Source of the DNA: an uncultured Bacillota bacterium
Lineage (GTDB): Bacteria > Bacillota > Clostridia > Christensenellales > UBA1242
Assembly (NCBI GenBank): GCA_946499835.1
Contig: CAMMTJ010000004.1
Location: 15,148-79,147 of the forward strand
Length of the DNA: 64,000 bases
Direction of reading: 5' to 3'
Part shown: piece after piece, positions 16,869-25,466 of the stretch
Layout of the letters: each line of letters begins with the position of its first letter
How positions within the stretch are numbered: position 1 is the stretch's first letter
Position numbers and translations under genes: made by a program
The notes under the pieces: model-generated
Databases searched by the model: none
What the model was told of the DNA's origin: nothing
What the model saw: only the letters and a program-made list of their open reading frames with translations

Positions 16869-17510
16869 TTATTGCATAAGGTGCCCTGCAATAGCAATAC
16901 TTGCCTCATCTTCCACCAAATTGCCGGCAACACAGTCACAAAGACTAGCCAAACTTGCAATATAGTCTGCCTCATTCTTCTCAAATTTTGGCTTAAATTT
17001 TTCACAAGAAGCCAAGATAACCTCTTTTGGCATAAATGCATTTGCCATCTTCTCAGCAAATGATTGAGCATCATATAGTCCAAGTTTTGCACTGGCAAAA
17101 GTCCCTTTTTGAGCCTGAAAATTGCCCTTTACCTTTTCAATCTTATCTCTCATCAAACTTGCTTTTCGCCCTTGCAAAGCAAAGTCTTTTTTATCCAGAT
17201 TTTCCCCTTGTTTCACCCTCAAATCTACGGCACTTTTGTGCAAAGCAGAAAGCATCTCATCACCTGCAATCTCTTCTTGCAACAAAGCAGAAAGCACTTT
17301 TGAAATGTCAACCTTCTCCCCTTTCACTTCATGGGAAAAACACTCTTGAAGTGCCTTTTTCACATTATCTTGTGATATAGTCTCTTTGCCACTTATTTTG
17401 TTTATCATATTGACGTAAGAAACAGCAAGTGCCACGGCAGTAGATGGAGAAATCTCGCCGTCAAAATAATCTCCCAGTTTTTTCTCTTGCACAAATTCAA
17501 CGTTATTCAT
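16869..17510 (-). CDS. Hypothetical protein (213 aa)
   Basis: The ATG at 17510 (MNNVEFVQ) is preceded by AAGGGGG. There is a faint resemblance to cyclodeaminase/cyclohydrolase (FTCD_C) proteins (GEISPSTAVALAVSYVNMI), too weak to call. Confidence 0.65.
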   Translation of the reverse strand: MNNVEFVQEKKLGDYFDGEISPSTAVALAVSYVNMINKISGKETISQDNVKKALQECFSHEVKGEKVDISKVLSALLQEEIAGDEMLSALHKSAVDLRVKQGENLDKKDFALQGRKASLMRDKIEKVKGNFQAQKGTFASAKLGLYDAQSFAEKMANAFMPKEVILASCEKFKPKFEKNEADYIASLASLCDCVAGNLVEDEASIAIAGHLMQ

Positions 17511-17641
17511 AAAAGCCCCCTTAAACCATGCCCTTTTATCATATGTATATATTAACATATATTCATGAATAAATCAAAATGATTTTGCATAAATATTCAA
17601 AATTTTTTTGTGAAAAATTTTTCTCTTTTGTCGAAAATTTG

Positions 17642-17670
17642 TTGACTTGGGCTATTATATATATTATAAT
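17642..17670 (+). promoter_or_regulatory. Consensus sigma-A promoter TTGACT-17-TATAAT of the giant-protein operon
   Basis: ttgact at 17642..17647, exactly 17 nt of spacer, tataat at 17665..17670; counted base by base. Confidence 0.6.
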
Positions 17671-17725
17671 AAAACTGTTATTTGAAAAGAATAACTTTAT
17701 CTAACTGAAATCAAAGGGGGTTCAT

Positions 17726-17929
17726 ATGACAAACAGCATGTCTGTTTTCGTCATGATGAATATATTTAATTCATCAGCCTGTCCATTTGTTTCTTTTGAC
17801 TGCCCTGATTTTGAAGGGTCTCATTCTTACAGATTTTTCTCACACAATGATGGTGTGATTACATATAAACTTAATATGAAGTCAAAAGCAAAGGTGAACA
17901 CAGAACCTATTGGTGTGTGTCATGGCTAA
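17726..17929 (+). CDS. Putative 67-aa small protein (4 Cys), first ORF of the operon
   Basis: AAAGGGGG SD 5 nt upstream of the ATG. The stop TAA (17927..17929) overlaps the next ATG (17922). It could alternatively be a structured 5' leader. Confidence 0.4.
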   Translation: MTNSMSVFVMMNIFNSSACPFVSFDCPDFEGSHSYRFFSHNDGVITYKLNMKSKAKVNTEPIGVCHG

Positions 17930-19070
17930 AAAGACGAAACAAAACAAAATTGAAATAGTTGAAACAAAAGACAATTTAACACAAACACCACAAACAGAGG
18001 AAATGAAAAGTTCGTCTGAGGTTTTTGTTGTTGAGACTGACGGCACAGTTAAGGAAGAGCAAAGTAAGGAAAGCGGAGCACTTGTGCCTGTAAATGAAGA
18101 GCAGCAAACCAAGAAGAAAAAGAAGAAAAAGCCTCTTAAAAAAACCTCTTGGAAAAGAAGAGCGTTCAACTTGGCCACAACCTGTGTGCTTGGTATAGTC
18201 ACCGGTTGTGTGCTTGGCAGTTGGTATTACAACACCACACTCAAACCACAAGTTGACTACCCTACCGATGAGGTGATAGCAACTTTGCAAGACGACATAG
18301 ATGATGTGCTTGCAAGTGCACTTGGAAGAACGCTTTCAGATTCAGAAAAGGAAAACTGGGTTGACATTGCAAAATCGCAAGGACTCACCCCTGCCGATCT
18401 TACGGCAAGCCAAAACGCTCAACTGGCACTTTTTAACATCACCTTCGCTGACTCATACAGCGCAATCGGTCATGGCAAGTGTGCAACCATTGCCACTCAG
18501 ACCGTTTATGGCGAGATAACTTTTGATGGACAGACTTACAGTGCCACTCAAATATCACTCGGCACTTTCGCAAAAATCGCCGTTCGCTCACAAATGGATA
18601 AAGATAATCAAGGTTTGATAACACAGGTGCGAGGCTCAAACATAACTGAAACAAGTGCTGACTGGACTGGAACACCTCAGTCTTACACGCAAGCGGACTT
18701 TATTGCAATGGCTGGCGGACTTCCATCAACGGTGCACCCTTATATCATCACTTCAAAGACAATTCTTGATGAGCAAAGCGTGGTTGTCAATCAAATTTCT
18801 GGCGAGAACGGAGAAACTCTTTACTCGTTTACAGTCAACCTTGATCCAATCAACAGCGTTGCACTTTATGTCAGACAAATGAAAATGGTGAGTCAACTTG
18901 GCTCTTATCCAGAATTCTCTGACGTGCAAAACACTTTCATCATTGATGAGAATTGGAACTTAGTTCAAATTGATGTGCTTGAACATTACACACAAATTGC
19001 AATGGGCGTCAAAGCAAGTTGCGAAGGCACGCTTAGCACACTCTTTGAAATAAACGGAAAAATGGAATAA
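17922..19070 (+). CDS. Bitopic membrane protein: Lys/Glu-rich cytoplasmic head (KKKKKKK), one TM, ~270-aa external domain
   Basis: ORF with TM AFNLATTCVLGIVTGCVLGSWYY. The ATG at 17922 (MAKKTKQNK) has no SD and is start-stop coupled to the small ORF. No family recognised. Confidence 0.8.
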   Translation: MAKKTKQNKIEIVETKDNLTQTPQTEEMKSSSEVFVVETDGTVKEEQSKESGALVPVNEEQQTKKKKKKKPLKKTSWKRRAFNLATTCVLGIVTGCVLGSWYYNTTLKPQVDYPTDEVIATLQDDIDDVLASALGRTLSDSEKENWVDIAKSQGLTPADLTASQNAQLALFNITFADSYSAIGHGKCATIATQTVYGEITFDGQTYSATQISLGTFAKIAVRSQMDKDNQGLITQVRGSNITETSADWTGTPQSYTQADFIAMAGGLPSTVHPYIITSKTILDEQSVVVNQISGENGETLYSFTVNLDPINSVALYVRQMKMVSQLGSYPEFSDVQNTFIIDENWNLVQIDVLEHYTQIAMGVKASCEGTLSTLFEINGKME

Positions 19071-19085
19071 AAGGAGGGAAACAGC

Positions 19086-22000
19086 ATGAGAAAGTTTTTT
19101 AGATTTGCTTCATACACACTTTTGTATATTTTTGTAACTTTTGCCTCAGCGGTAGGCGTTGTTTTCATCTCCTCTTCTGCCGACAGTGGAAAAAGCAATG
19201 AGGAGGGTGGAATAACCATTCCTCCACAAATCACACAGATTATGGAAAGAATTTCATCTGCAAACGCCCTAGACATCAATCTGGAAGTTGATATTTCAAC
19301 TGCAAATGAAAACTATACCGTGACCATTGATGCTCTTGCCGACCTTTCACAAGGGCTTGAAAACATCTCGGTTGAAGGAACAATCTCTGCGCAAATTGGA
19401 CAAGACAACATCGATGTCAATATTGTTTATGAAAATGGAACAATTTACATGGAGATGTTCAACGGCAAATTCAAGATGGAAACCGCCAATATGCTTGACA
19501 GTGTAACTCAAATTTTGGAAATACTCAATATTGAAATTCCAGAACTGGGCATTGACTTTTCATCTATTGACACAAACACCATTCTCTCAATGCTTTCAAA
19601 CATAACTGAAACAAAGGGAGAAAATTCAATAACCCTCAAAATATCTCTTCCTATCGTGGGAGACTTGGAAGTTGTTTGCGACCTTAACTATTCAATCAAC
19701 CAAGTTGTGCTCCCATCAGTATCTATTGAAGGCACTCAAATCAGTCTATTTTCAAGCATTGACTACCCTGACCAAATTTCGATAGACCAACCTGCTAATG
19801 ACGAATATATCAATATAACTGACGTAGTCAATGTTGCAAGCGCACTCCTCTCTTATCTTGACAAAGATGAGATTGGACTTGACCTCAATGTCAAATATAA
19901 CGATTTTGACATATCAGGATCACTTAGTGCAAACCTTGACCAAATGAACTCTATCCTTTCAACTTCACTTCTTGGATATGACCTTAACCTTGTTGCCATT
20001 GACAATGTCATCTACCTTGAATTTGGCAATGTCAACTTGCAATATGACCTCAATGATGTAAACCTTATCACAGACCTTCTCTATAAGCACTTTGGCATAG
20101 AAATTCCACTTCAAAAGATCACTGACATCTTGGTATCAATAAACCAAGGCGATCTTATGGACACTGTTTCAACCATTTTGCCAGAAGGAAGTTCTGTTGA
20201 TATTGACAGCATTGACCTTGGCATAATTGAAAGTTTTGTAAAAGATGGCGACAATTATACCATCACATTGAAAGACATCGGGCAAGTTTCTTGCACTCTT
20301 TCTGGCAATGAACTCTCTTCACTTGCATTCTCTGGCTTTGGAGTTCAAGCATCAGTAAAAACAAGAACGCCTCAACCTATCACTCTCAAAAATCCAGTCA
20401 CCGCTTACAGCGACCTCACCCTTCTTATAGACGGCATAGATGCTATGCTTTCAATGAAAGACTTTTCAAGATTTGACGGAATGCTTAACATAACCTTTGG
20501 CGAAACATCTCTTCCAGTAAATTACTCAATCGCATTGGATGAGACTGGCATAAAAGCATACTTTTCAACAACTATTTTAGGAAAAGAAATTTCACTTTCA
20601 TTCCAAGAAGGCATCTTGTATATCGATATCGCCTCTCTTGATCAAAATGGAAGCGAAGCTCTCGGACAATCAATCAAACTTAAAGCGGATGAAAATGATA
20701 TTCAAAGTCTTATCGAGTATATCGGCGGGTTCCTTTCATTTGACATGCAAGATGATATAACCTCTTCTCTCACAGATATGCTCAAAGCACTTCTTAACCC
20801 AGAACTAGACTTCAATTTGATTGACAGCATCACTCCTGCCGACAATGGAGTGCAAATCTCAGCACTTGGAGCAAACCTTTCTCTCTTCTATGACCAATAT
20901 GTCAATAGAGCCTTGATTGAACTTGATGGCGTCAAAGTTGACGCATCAATCATGCCTTCATCAAACTCACTTGAACTTGGCATTGATCAAAAAGAATATG
21001 TTTCATTGTCAAATCTTCTTGACAAAGTAAAAGCAAACTTTGACCTTATTGCCAAAGGCGATTATTCAATTCAAATTGATGGAAATTATGACACAATCGC
21101 ATTTAATGGTGGAGCAAATTATGTTGATGGCAAAATTTCACTTGCTCTTGGCGTCACCATTGGAGAGAACAATTTTGTGGTAAAATATGTAGATGAAGTC
21201 ATCTATGCAGAAATTGACAATCTCAATATTTCAGTTAAACTGGCAGATAAAGATAGGCTGTTCTCATTTATTCAAGACACTTTCGGCGTTGACTTGTCAG
21301 CAATGCTTGATGAAATCCTCTCAGGAGCATCTACAGAAGAGTTTGACTTGAAAGAAATGATCACAAAAGCACTTCTTTCTCTCACTGAAAATGACATCAC
21401 CCTTTCTCTTGATGATATAACTGCAAAAGTTGTTTTCAATGACGCAAAACTTGACCGCATTGACATTTCATATGCAAGCGACCTTTCTGCAAGCCTTCGT
21501 TTGCTTGAAAAGATTTATCCTGTTCAACTTGAAGAAGAATATTTCGATATCTCTTCTGCCCTTCCATTTGTGAGCGCTGTTTATAACTATATCACATCAG
21601 AACAATACAGCATCAACCTGTCTGCAAAGACAATGGATGAGAATAAGAGCGAACTTATATCTGGTGAGGTGCAAATTGACTTGACTGGACTTCTTCAATT
21701 TAACGCATCAGTAAATATGGGAAGCGACATAATAGAGGCAAGTTTGTATGATGGATACATCTATGCAAACTACAACGGACTTCTGCTCAAAATAAAAACT
21801 TCTGACTTTGAAGAAATTCTCGTCATCCTTATGGAAATGATTGGCATTGATCCTTCAATCTTGCCATTCCTTGAAGATGTGGCAAACAATGTTGATGTGG
21901 ACATCAGTGGACTTGAACACCTCTTCCCTGAAATTGATATGGGCGACCCACTTTCAATCATCAAAATATTTAAGAGCATTTCAGTAAGTGACAACACCCT

Positions 22001-24257
22001 TCAAGTTGCACTTGATGCAGGAGTGCTTGGCGGAAGTGAAGATGATGAGGACATCTTGATCAAAATCGTAATGCAAGGCGATGCTTTGCAAAACATTGTG
22101 ATTGAAAACTTGAACTACAACAACCAAATCATTTCACTCGGCCTCAATATTCTTGACTTTGAAGGCGTTGGCGTGCCAGACACAAGCAGAAATTATGTTG
22201 ATTTGTCAAATGCAAACTCTCTTATCAAGGCAATCATCAACACATCAGAACTTGATTATTACCACATCACTGGAACGCTTAACATCCCTATGAACGTTAT
22301 TGGTTTTATCAAACTTGATATGTTTGAAATTCCTTTTGATATTCAAGTTAAACTTATTGATCGCGTGCCTGAAATAATGATCACCATTGGTGAAATTCCA
22401 ATCTTCCCAATTGTAAACACAGACGGAAACACATTTGGAAGCAACAGAATGGCTTACGCATATTACAAAGACGGCTATTTCTATCTTCACAGAACAGAAA
22501 AAAGCGCCGGTGGAAAAACACTTGAAAAGATGACAAAAATCCACTACTCTGAATTCTTCCGCGACCCAATGTCATACTTCCAATTCTTGACAGGATTTAG
22601 TGACACAATTATTGACGCAATCAATGATGCAATCGCTCTTTCACAAAACAGAGAAACCCCAATGGATATGAGCAAGATTATCAACAGTTTCACAGCAAAT
22701 GGAGAGAACTTCTCACTTTCACTCAACCTTGCCGAACTTGCAAACAACCCTGATCTTGACTCTATCACAATTGGACTCCAAACAATCAACAATGAAAGCA
22801 CAAATGGAAAAGATTATCTTGCACTTGCATCTCTTGACATGTTTATGCCATTTGCAAACGCTTTTGAGATGAATTTGAAATCTGACAATATCGCTCTTGT
22901 TGATATTGGACAAGAACTTGACTTTACTGCTCTTTACAATTTCATAAATCGTTATGACAACGAACTTGGCTTTGGCGAAAATGAAAATTGGTCAGCAGAA
23001 AATGGCAGTTGGACACAAGGTGAAACTGTGGTTTACACTTTATCCTTTGTTGAAAATGGTGGCGAAGATGTCGCTGACATAACAACTGCCGTTGGCTCAC
23101 CTATCACTCTGCCAGTGCTCACAGACAGAGTTGAAACAAATGAGCAAGGACAGACCACATACACCTTTGATGGTTGGTACACTTCAACTGATTATTCAGT
23201 CAAATTTGACTCTACAACAATGCCAAGAGGCAACACCACCCTTTATGCAAAATGGATAGTTGAAACAAGATATTACCGCACATTGTCATTCAAAACTTTC
23301 ACTTCAACAACATTTGACAGCATAACAGCACTTGAAGGCGAACCTATCACTTTGCCAATTCTCGACAAAAAGACTGAAACACAAGACAATATCACAACAA
23401 CTTACGCATTTGACGGCTGGTATAGTGATGAAAACTTTACTCAAAAATTCACCTCAACAGTTATGCCAAGCGTGGACACCACCCTCTATGCAAAATGGGT
23501 GGTAACCCAAGTGCAAGAAACTCGCTCAGTAAAAATTTATGACAATGGCGTTTTGATCTTTGATGAGCAAGTAAATCTTGGTGAAAAGATCGATCTTGAA
23601 AGTTTGGGAGAAAAATACAATAGTGACACACTCTTCTATCTTGACGAAAATTATCAAAATCAATATGATGGTGACTTCGTGGTAAATGATGACCTCACCC
23701 TTCATATCAGAAACAAATACACCATTGTGATTGAAAGTGAGTTTGGCGATGCTTATAGGCAAGAAATTTCACTCTATCAAGGTGAAACTTTTGAGCAATA
23801 TATCAAAGAACAATCATCATATGTGTTTGATGATGGCACGCAAACAGAAGAAGTGACTTACACCTTCAATGGTTATGACAACTTGCTTGACCAAATGCCA
23901 AACCAAAATTGGACAATTTCAGCAAACTGGTCGGTTGATACAAAATATTACTACACCGTTTCATTTGATTTGCGTTGGTATTTGGTATTAGGCCCTTGCT
24001 ATGCTGGAACAAAAGTTGTCACACCAGCACAGCCTATTCCATCTTTCAAGGTTCTTGAAGGCACAACAGTTGACCTGACAGAGTATAGACCAACTTGCAA
24101 AGCGTATCGCACAGCAATTCCAATTGATCCAACAGAATTTGTTGCCACAAGTTGGGGAACAAGCGCATGGGCTGATTACACTTCTGCTGGAAGCGGAGTA
24201 ACGTCAATTGTTATCACTGCTGACACAACACTTTATGCTTGTTGGGAAATGGCTTAA
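19086..24257 (+). CDS. Giant (1723 aa) N-terminally membrane-anchored surface protein
   Basis: AAGGAGGG SD 7 nt upstream. N-terminal TM FFRFASYTLLYIFVTFASAVGVVFISS, six cryptic ~190-240 aa modules, and C-terminal Listeria-Bacteroides (Flg_new-type) repeats with the FDGWY..TLYAKW signature (nt ~23030..24254). No LPXTG. Confidence 0.9.
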   Translation: MRKFFRFASYTLLYIFVTFASAVGVVFISSSADSGKSNEEGGITIPPQITQIMERISSANALDINLEVDISTANENYTVTIDALADLSQGLENISVEGTISAQIGQDNIDVNIVYENGTIYMEMFNGKFKMETANMLDSVTQILEILNIEIPELGIDFSSIDTNTILSMLSNITETKGENSITLKISLPIVGDLEVVCDLNYSINQVVLPSVSIEGTQISLFSSIDYPDQISIDQPANDEYINITDVVNVASALLSYLDKDEIGLDLNVKYNDFDISGSLSANLDQMNSILSTSLLGYDLNLVAIDNVIYLEFGNVNLQYDLNDVNLITDLLYKHFGIEIPLQKITDILVSINQGDLMDTVSTILPEGSSVDIDSIDLGIIESFVKDGDNYTITLKDIGQVSCTLSGNELSSLAFSGFGVQASVKTRTPQPITLKNPVTAYSDLTLLIDGIDAMLSMKDFSRFDGMLNITFGETSLPVNYSIALDETGIKAYFSTTILGKEISLSFQEGILYIDIASLDQNGSEALGQSIKLKADENDIQSLIEYIGGFLSFDMQDDITSSLTDMLKALLNPELDFNLIDSITPADNGVQISALGANLSLFYDQYVNRALIELDGVKVDASIMPSSNSLELGIDQKEYVSLSNLLDKVKANFDLIAKGDYSIQIDGNYDTIAFNGGANYVDGKISLALGVTIGENNFVVKYVDEVIYAEIDNLNISVKLADKDRLFSFIQDTFGVDLSAMLDEILSGASTEEFDLKEMITKALLSLTENDITLSLDDITAKVVFNDAKLDRIDISYASDLSASLRLLEKIYPVQLEEEYFDISSALPFVSAVYNYITSEQYSINLSAKTMDENKSELISGEVQIDLTGLLQFNASVNMGSDIIEASLYDGYIYANYNGLLLKIKTSDFEEILVILMEMIGIDPSILPFLEDVANNVDVDISGLEHLFPEIDMGDPLSIIKIFKSISVSDNTLQVALDAGVLGGSEDDEDILIKIVMQGDALQNIVIENLNYNNQIISLGLNILDFEGVGVPDTSRNYVDLSNANSLIKAIINTSELDYYHITGTLNIPMNVIGFIKLDMFEIPFDIQVKLIDRVPEIMITIGEIPIFPIVNTDGNTFGSNRMAYAYYKDGYFYLHRTEKSAGGKTLEKMTKIHYSEFFRDPMSYFQFLTGFSDTIIDAINDAIALSQNRETPMDMSKIINSFTANGENFSLSLNLAELANNPDLDSITIGLQTINNESTNGKDYLALASLDMFMPFANAFEMNLKSDNIALVDIGQELDFTALYNFINRYDNELGFGENENWSAENGSWTQGETVVYTLSFVENGGEDVADITTAVGSPITLPVLTDRVETNEQGQTTYTFDGWYTSTDYSVKFDSTTMPRGNTTLYAKWIVETRYYRTLSFKTFTSTTFDSITALEGEPITLPILDKKTETQDNITTTYAFDGWYSDENFTQKFTSTVMPSVDTTLYAKWVVTQVQETRSVKIYDNGVLIFDEQVNLGEKIDLESLGEKYNSDTLFYLDENYQNQYDGDFVVNDDLTLHIRNKYTIVIESEFGDAYRQEISLYQGETFEQYIKEQSSYVFDDGTQTEEVTYTFNGYDNLLDQMPNQNWTISANWSVDTKYYYTVSFDLRWYLVLGPCYAGTKVVTPAQPIPSFKVLEGTTVDLTEYRPTCKAYRTAIPIDPTEFVATSWGTSAWADYTSAGSGVTSIVITADTTLYACWEMA

Positions 24258-24262
24258 AAATT

Positions 24263-24290
24263 AAGACATAGAAAACTCTATGTCTTTTTT
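24263..24290. terminator. Strong terminator after the giant gene (shared with convergent minE-like gene)
   Basis: aagacatag-aaaact-ctatgtctt followed by tttt. Confidence 0.8.
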
Positions 24291-24302
24291 ATTTACAAAA
24301 AA

Positions 24303-24533
24303 TTATGGCAAATATCCAAAAGGCTTAACTCTTGTCGCTTCAATTTCAATAGAAAAGCATAATTTTTCGCCCTCTTTTTTGAACCGCACAACAACTGGCT
24401 GGCAAAGAGTCAAATATTGCTGGGCTATTGGAGAAATTTCTCCTTTAAGCACTTCGCACACTCTTGTCATATCAAAAGATTTATCCCTTTGAAGCAGGTT
24501 TTCAAGCCTTGATTCTGCAATTATATATTCCAT
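24303..24533 (-). CDS. minE: MinE-like topological specificity factor (divergent, 76 aa)
   Basis: Lies 9 nt downstream of minD with a GGAGGAGGA SD. RLENLLQRD.. and the C-terminal pattern LKGEISPIAQQYL..VVVRFKKEGEKLCFSIEIEA resemble MinE (RLQ.il..DR ; l..eil.vi.kYv.i....v.v.l......l.l.i.l). The N-terminal amphipathic helix is not obvious. Confidence 0.45.
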   Translation of the reverse strand: MEYIIAESRLENLLQRDKSFDMTRVCEVLKGEISPIAQQYLTLCQPVVVRFKKEGEKLCFSIEIEATRVKPFGYLP

Positions 24534-24542
24534 TCCTCCTCC

Positions 24543-25334
24543 TTACACTTTTTTGCGTATATTTCGTTTGAAATAACCCATAAGCCCACGATACTTGTAT
24601 GTGCAATCAAATATTTTCTTTGAGCCATTGTGAATATTTTCACTTAGAAGTGTAAATGCCCTCGCACTTTCAACTGAGTTCATATAGCCACCAACTGAAC
24701 AGGATGTGCCAATGGCGTCATCTTCTGGTATAACGCCAAGCAAAGGTATATTAAGAGAACGGACAATAGTTTCAATGTTCATAAGTTCACCATTCATCAA
24801 AAGGTCACCTCGCATTCTGTTTATCACAAGCCCTTTGCTTTGAATGTCATAGTCTGAGAGAAGCCCAAGCACTTTGTCGGCATCTCTTATGCTTGAAAGA
24901 TGTGGAGTCACCACAATTATCGCTTCATTTGCCGAAAAAACTGCTCTATGAAAGCCAGCCTCTACCCCTGCTGGACAATCGATCAAGATATAGTCAAAAC
25001 TTTTATCAAGGCAGTCAACCACGTTTTTTATATGCTCGCCCAGAATTTTGCTTCTATTATAAGCATGTGAAGATGGCATGACATAGAGTGATGATATTTT
25101 TTTGTCTTGCACGAGCGCCTGCCTTGCACGACATCTGCCCATGATAACATCAGTTATGTCAAAAACAACTTGATTTTCAACGCCCATAACAACATCAAGG
25201 TTGTTAAGACCAATATCAACATCAAGAAGGACAACCCTGAAACCAAGTTTTGCAAGGTTTGCACCAAGATTTGCGCAAACGGTAGTTTTTCCCACTCCAC
25301 CTTTTCCACTTGTTAAGACGATTTTTCTTGCCAT
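24543..25334 (-). CDS. minD: Septum site-determining ATPase MinD
   Basis: Deviant Walker A SGKGGVGKTT, DVDIGLNNLDVVMG, and a C-terminal amphipathic tail. Confidence 0.9.
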   Translation of the reverse strand: MARKIVLTSGKGGVGKTTVCANLGANLAKLGFRVVLLDVDIGLNNLDVVMGVENQVVFDITDVIMGRCRARQALVQDKKISSLYVMPSSHAYNRSKILGEHIKNVVDCLDKSFDYILIDCPAGVEAGFHRAVFSANEAIIVVTPHLSSIRDADKVLGLLSDYDIQSKGLVINRMRGDLLMNGELMNIETIVRSLNIPLLGVIPEDDAIGTSCSVGGYMNSVESARAFTLLSENIHNGSKKIFDCTYKYRGLMGYFKRNIRKKV

Positions 25335-25466
25335 AACAAACTCCTTGGCTCAATTTTAATACAACAGGCTCACACGGACAAAGAAGATAAAAATAAAAAA
25401 ATCTCCTTTTTTGTCTAAATAGAGATTTTTGATTAAAATAAAAATCTTGCCTTAAAAAAGACAAGA

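Noticed and set aside
16261-17063. 168-aa and 155-aa plus-strand ORFs over rplM and its leader
   Set aside because: They are antisense shadows of rplM and of the 16869..17510 gene. The region is better explained by the L13 gene, its promoter and its hairpin.
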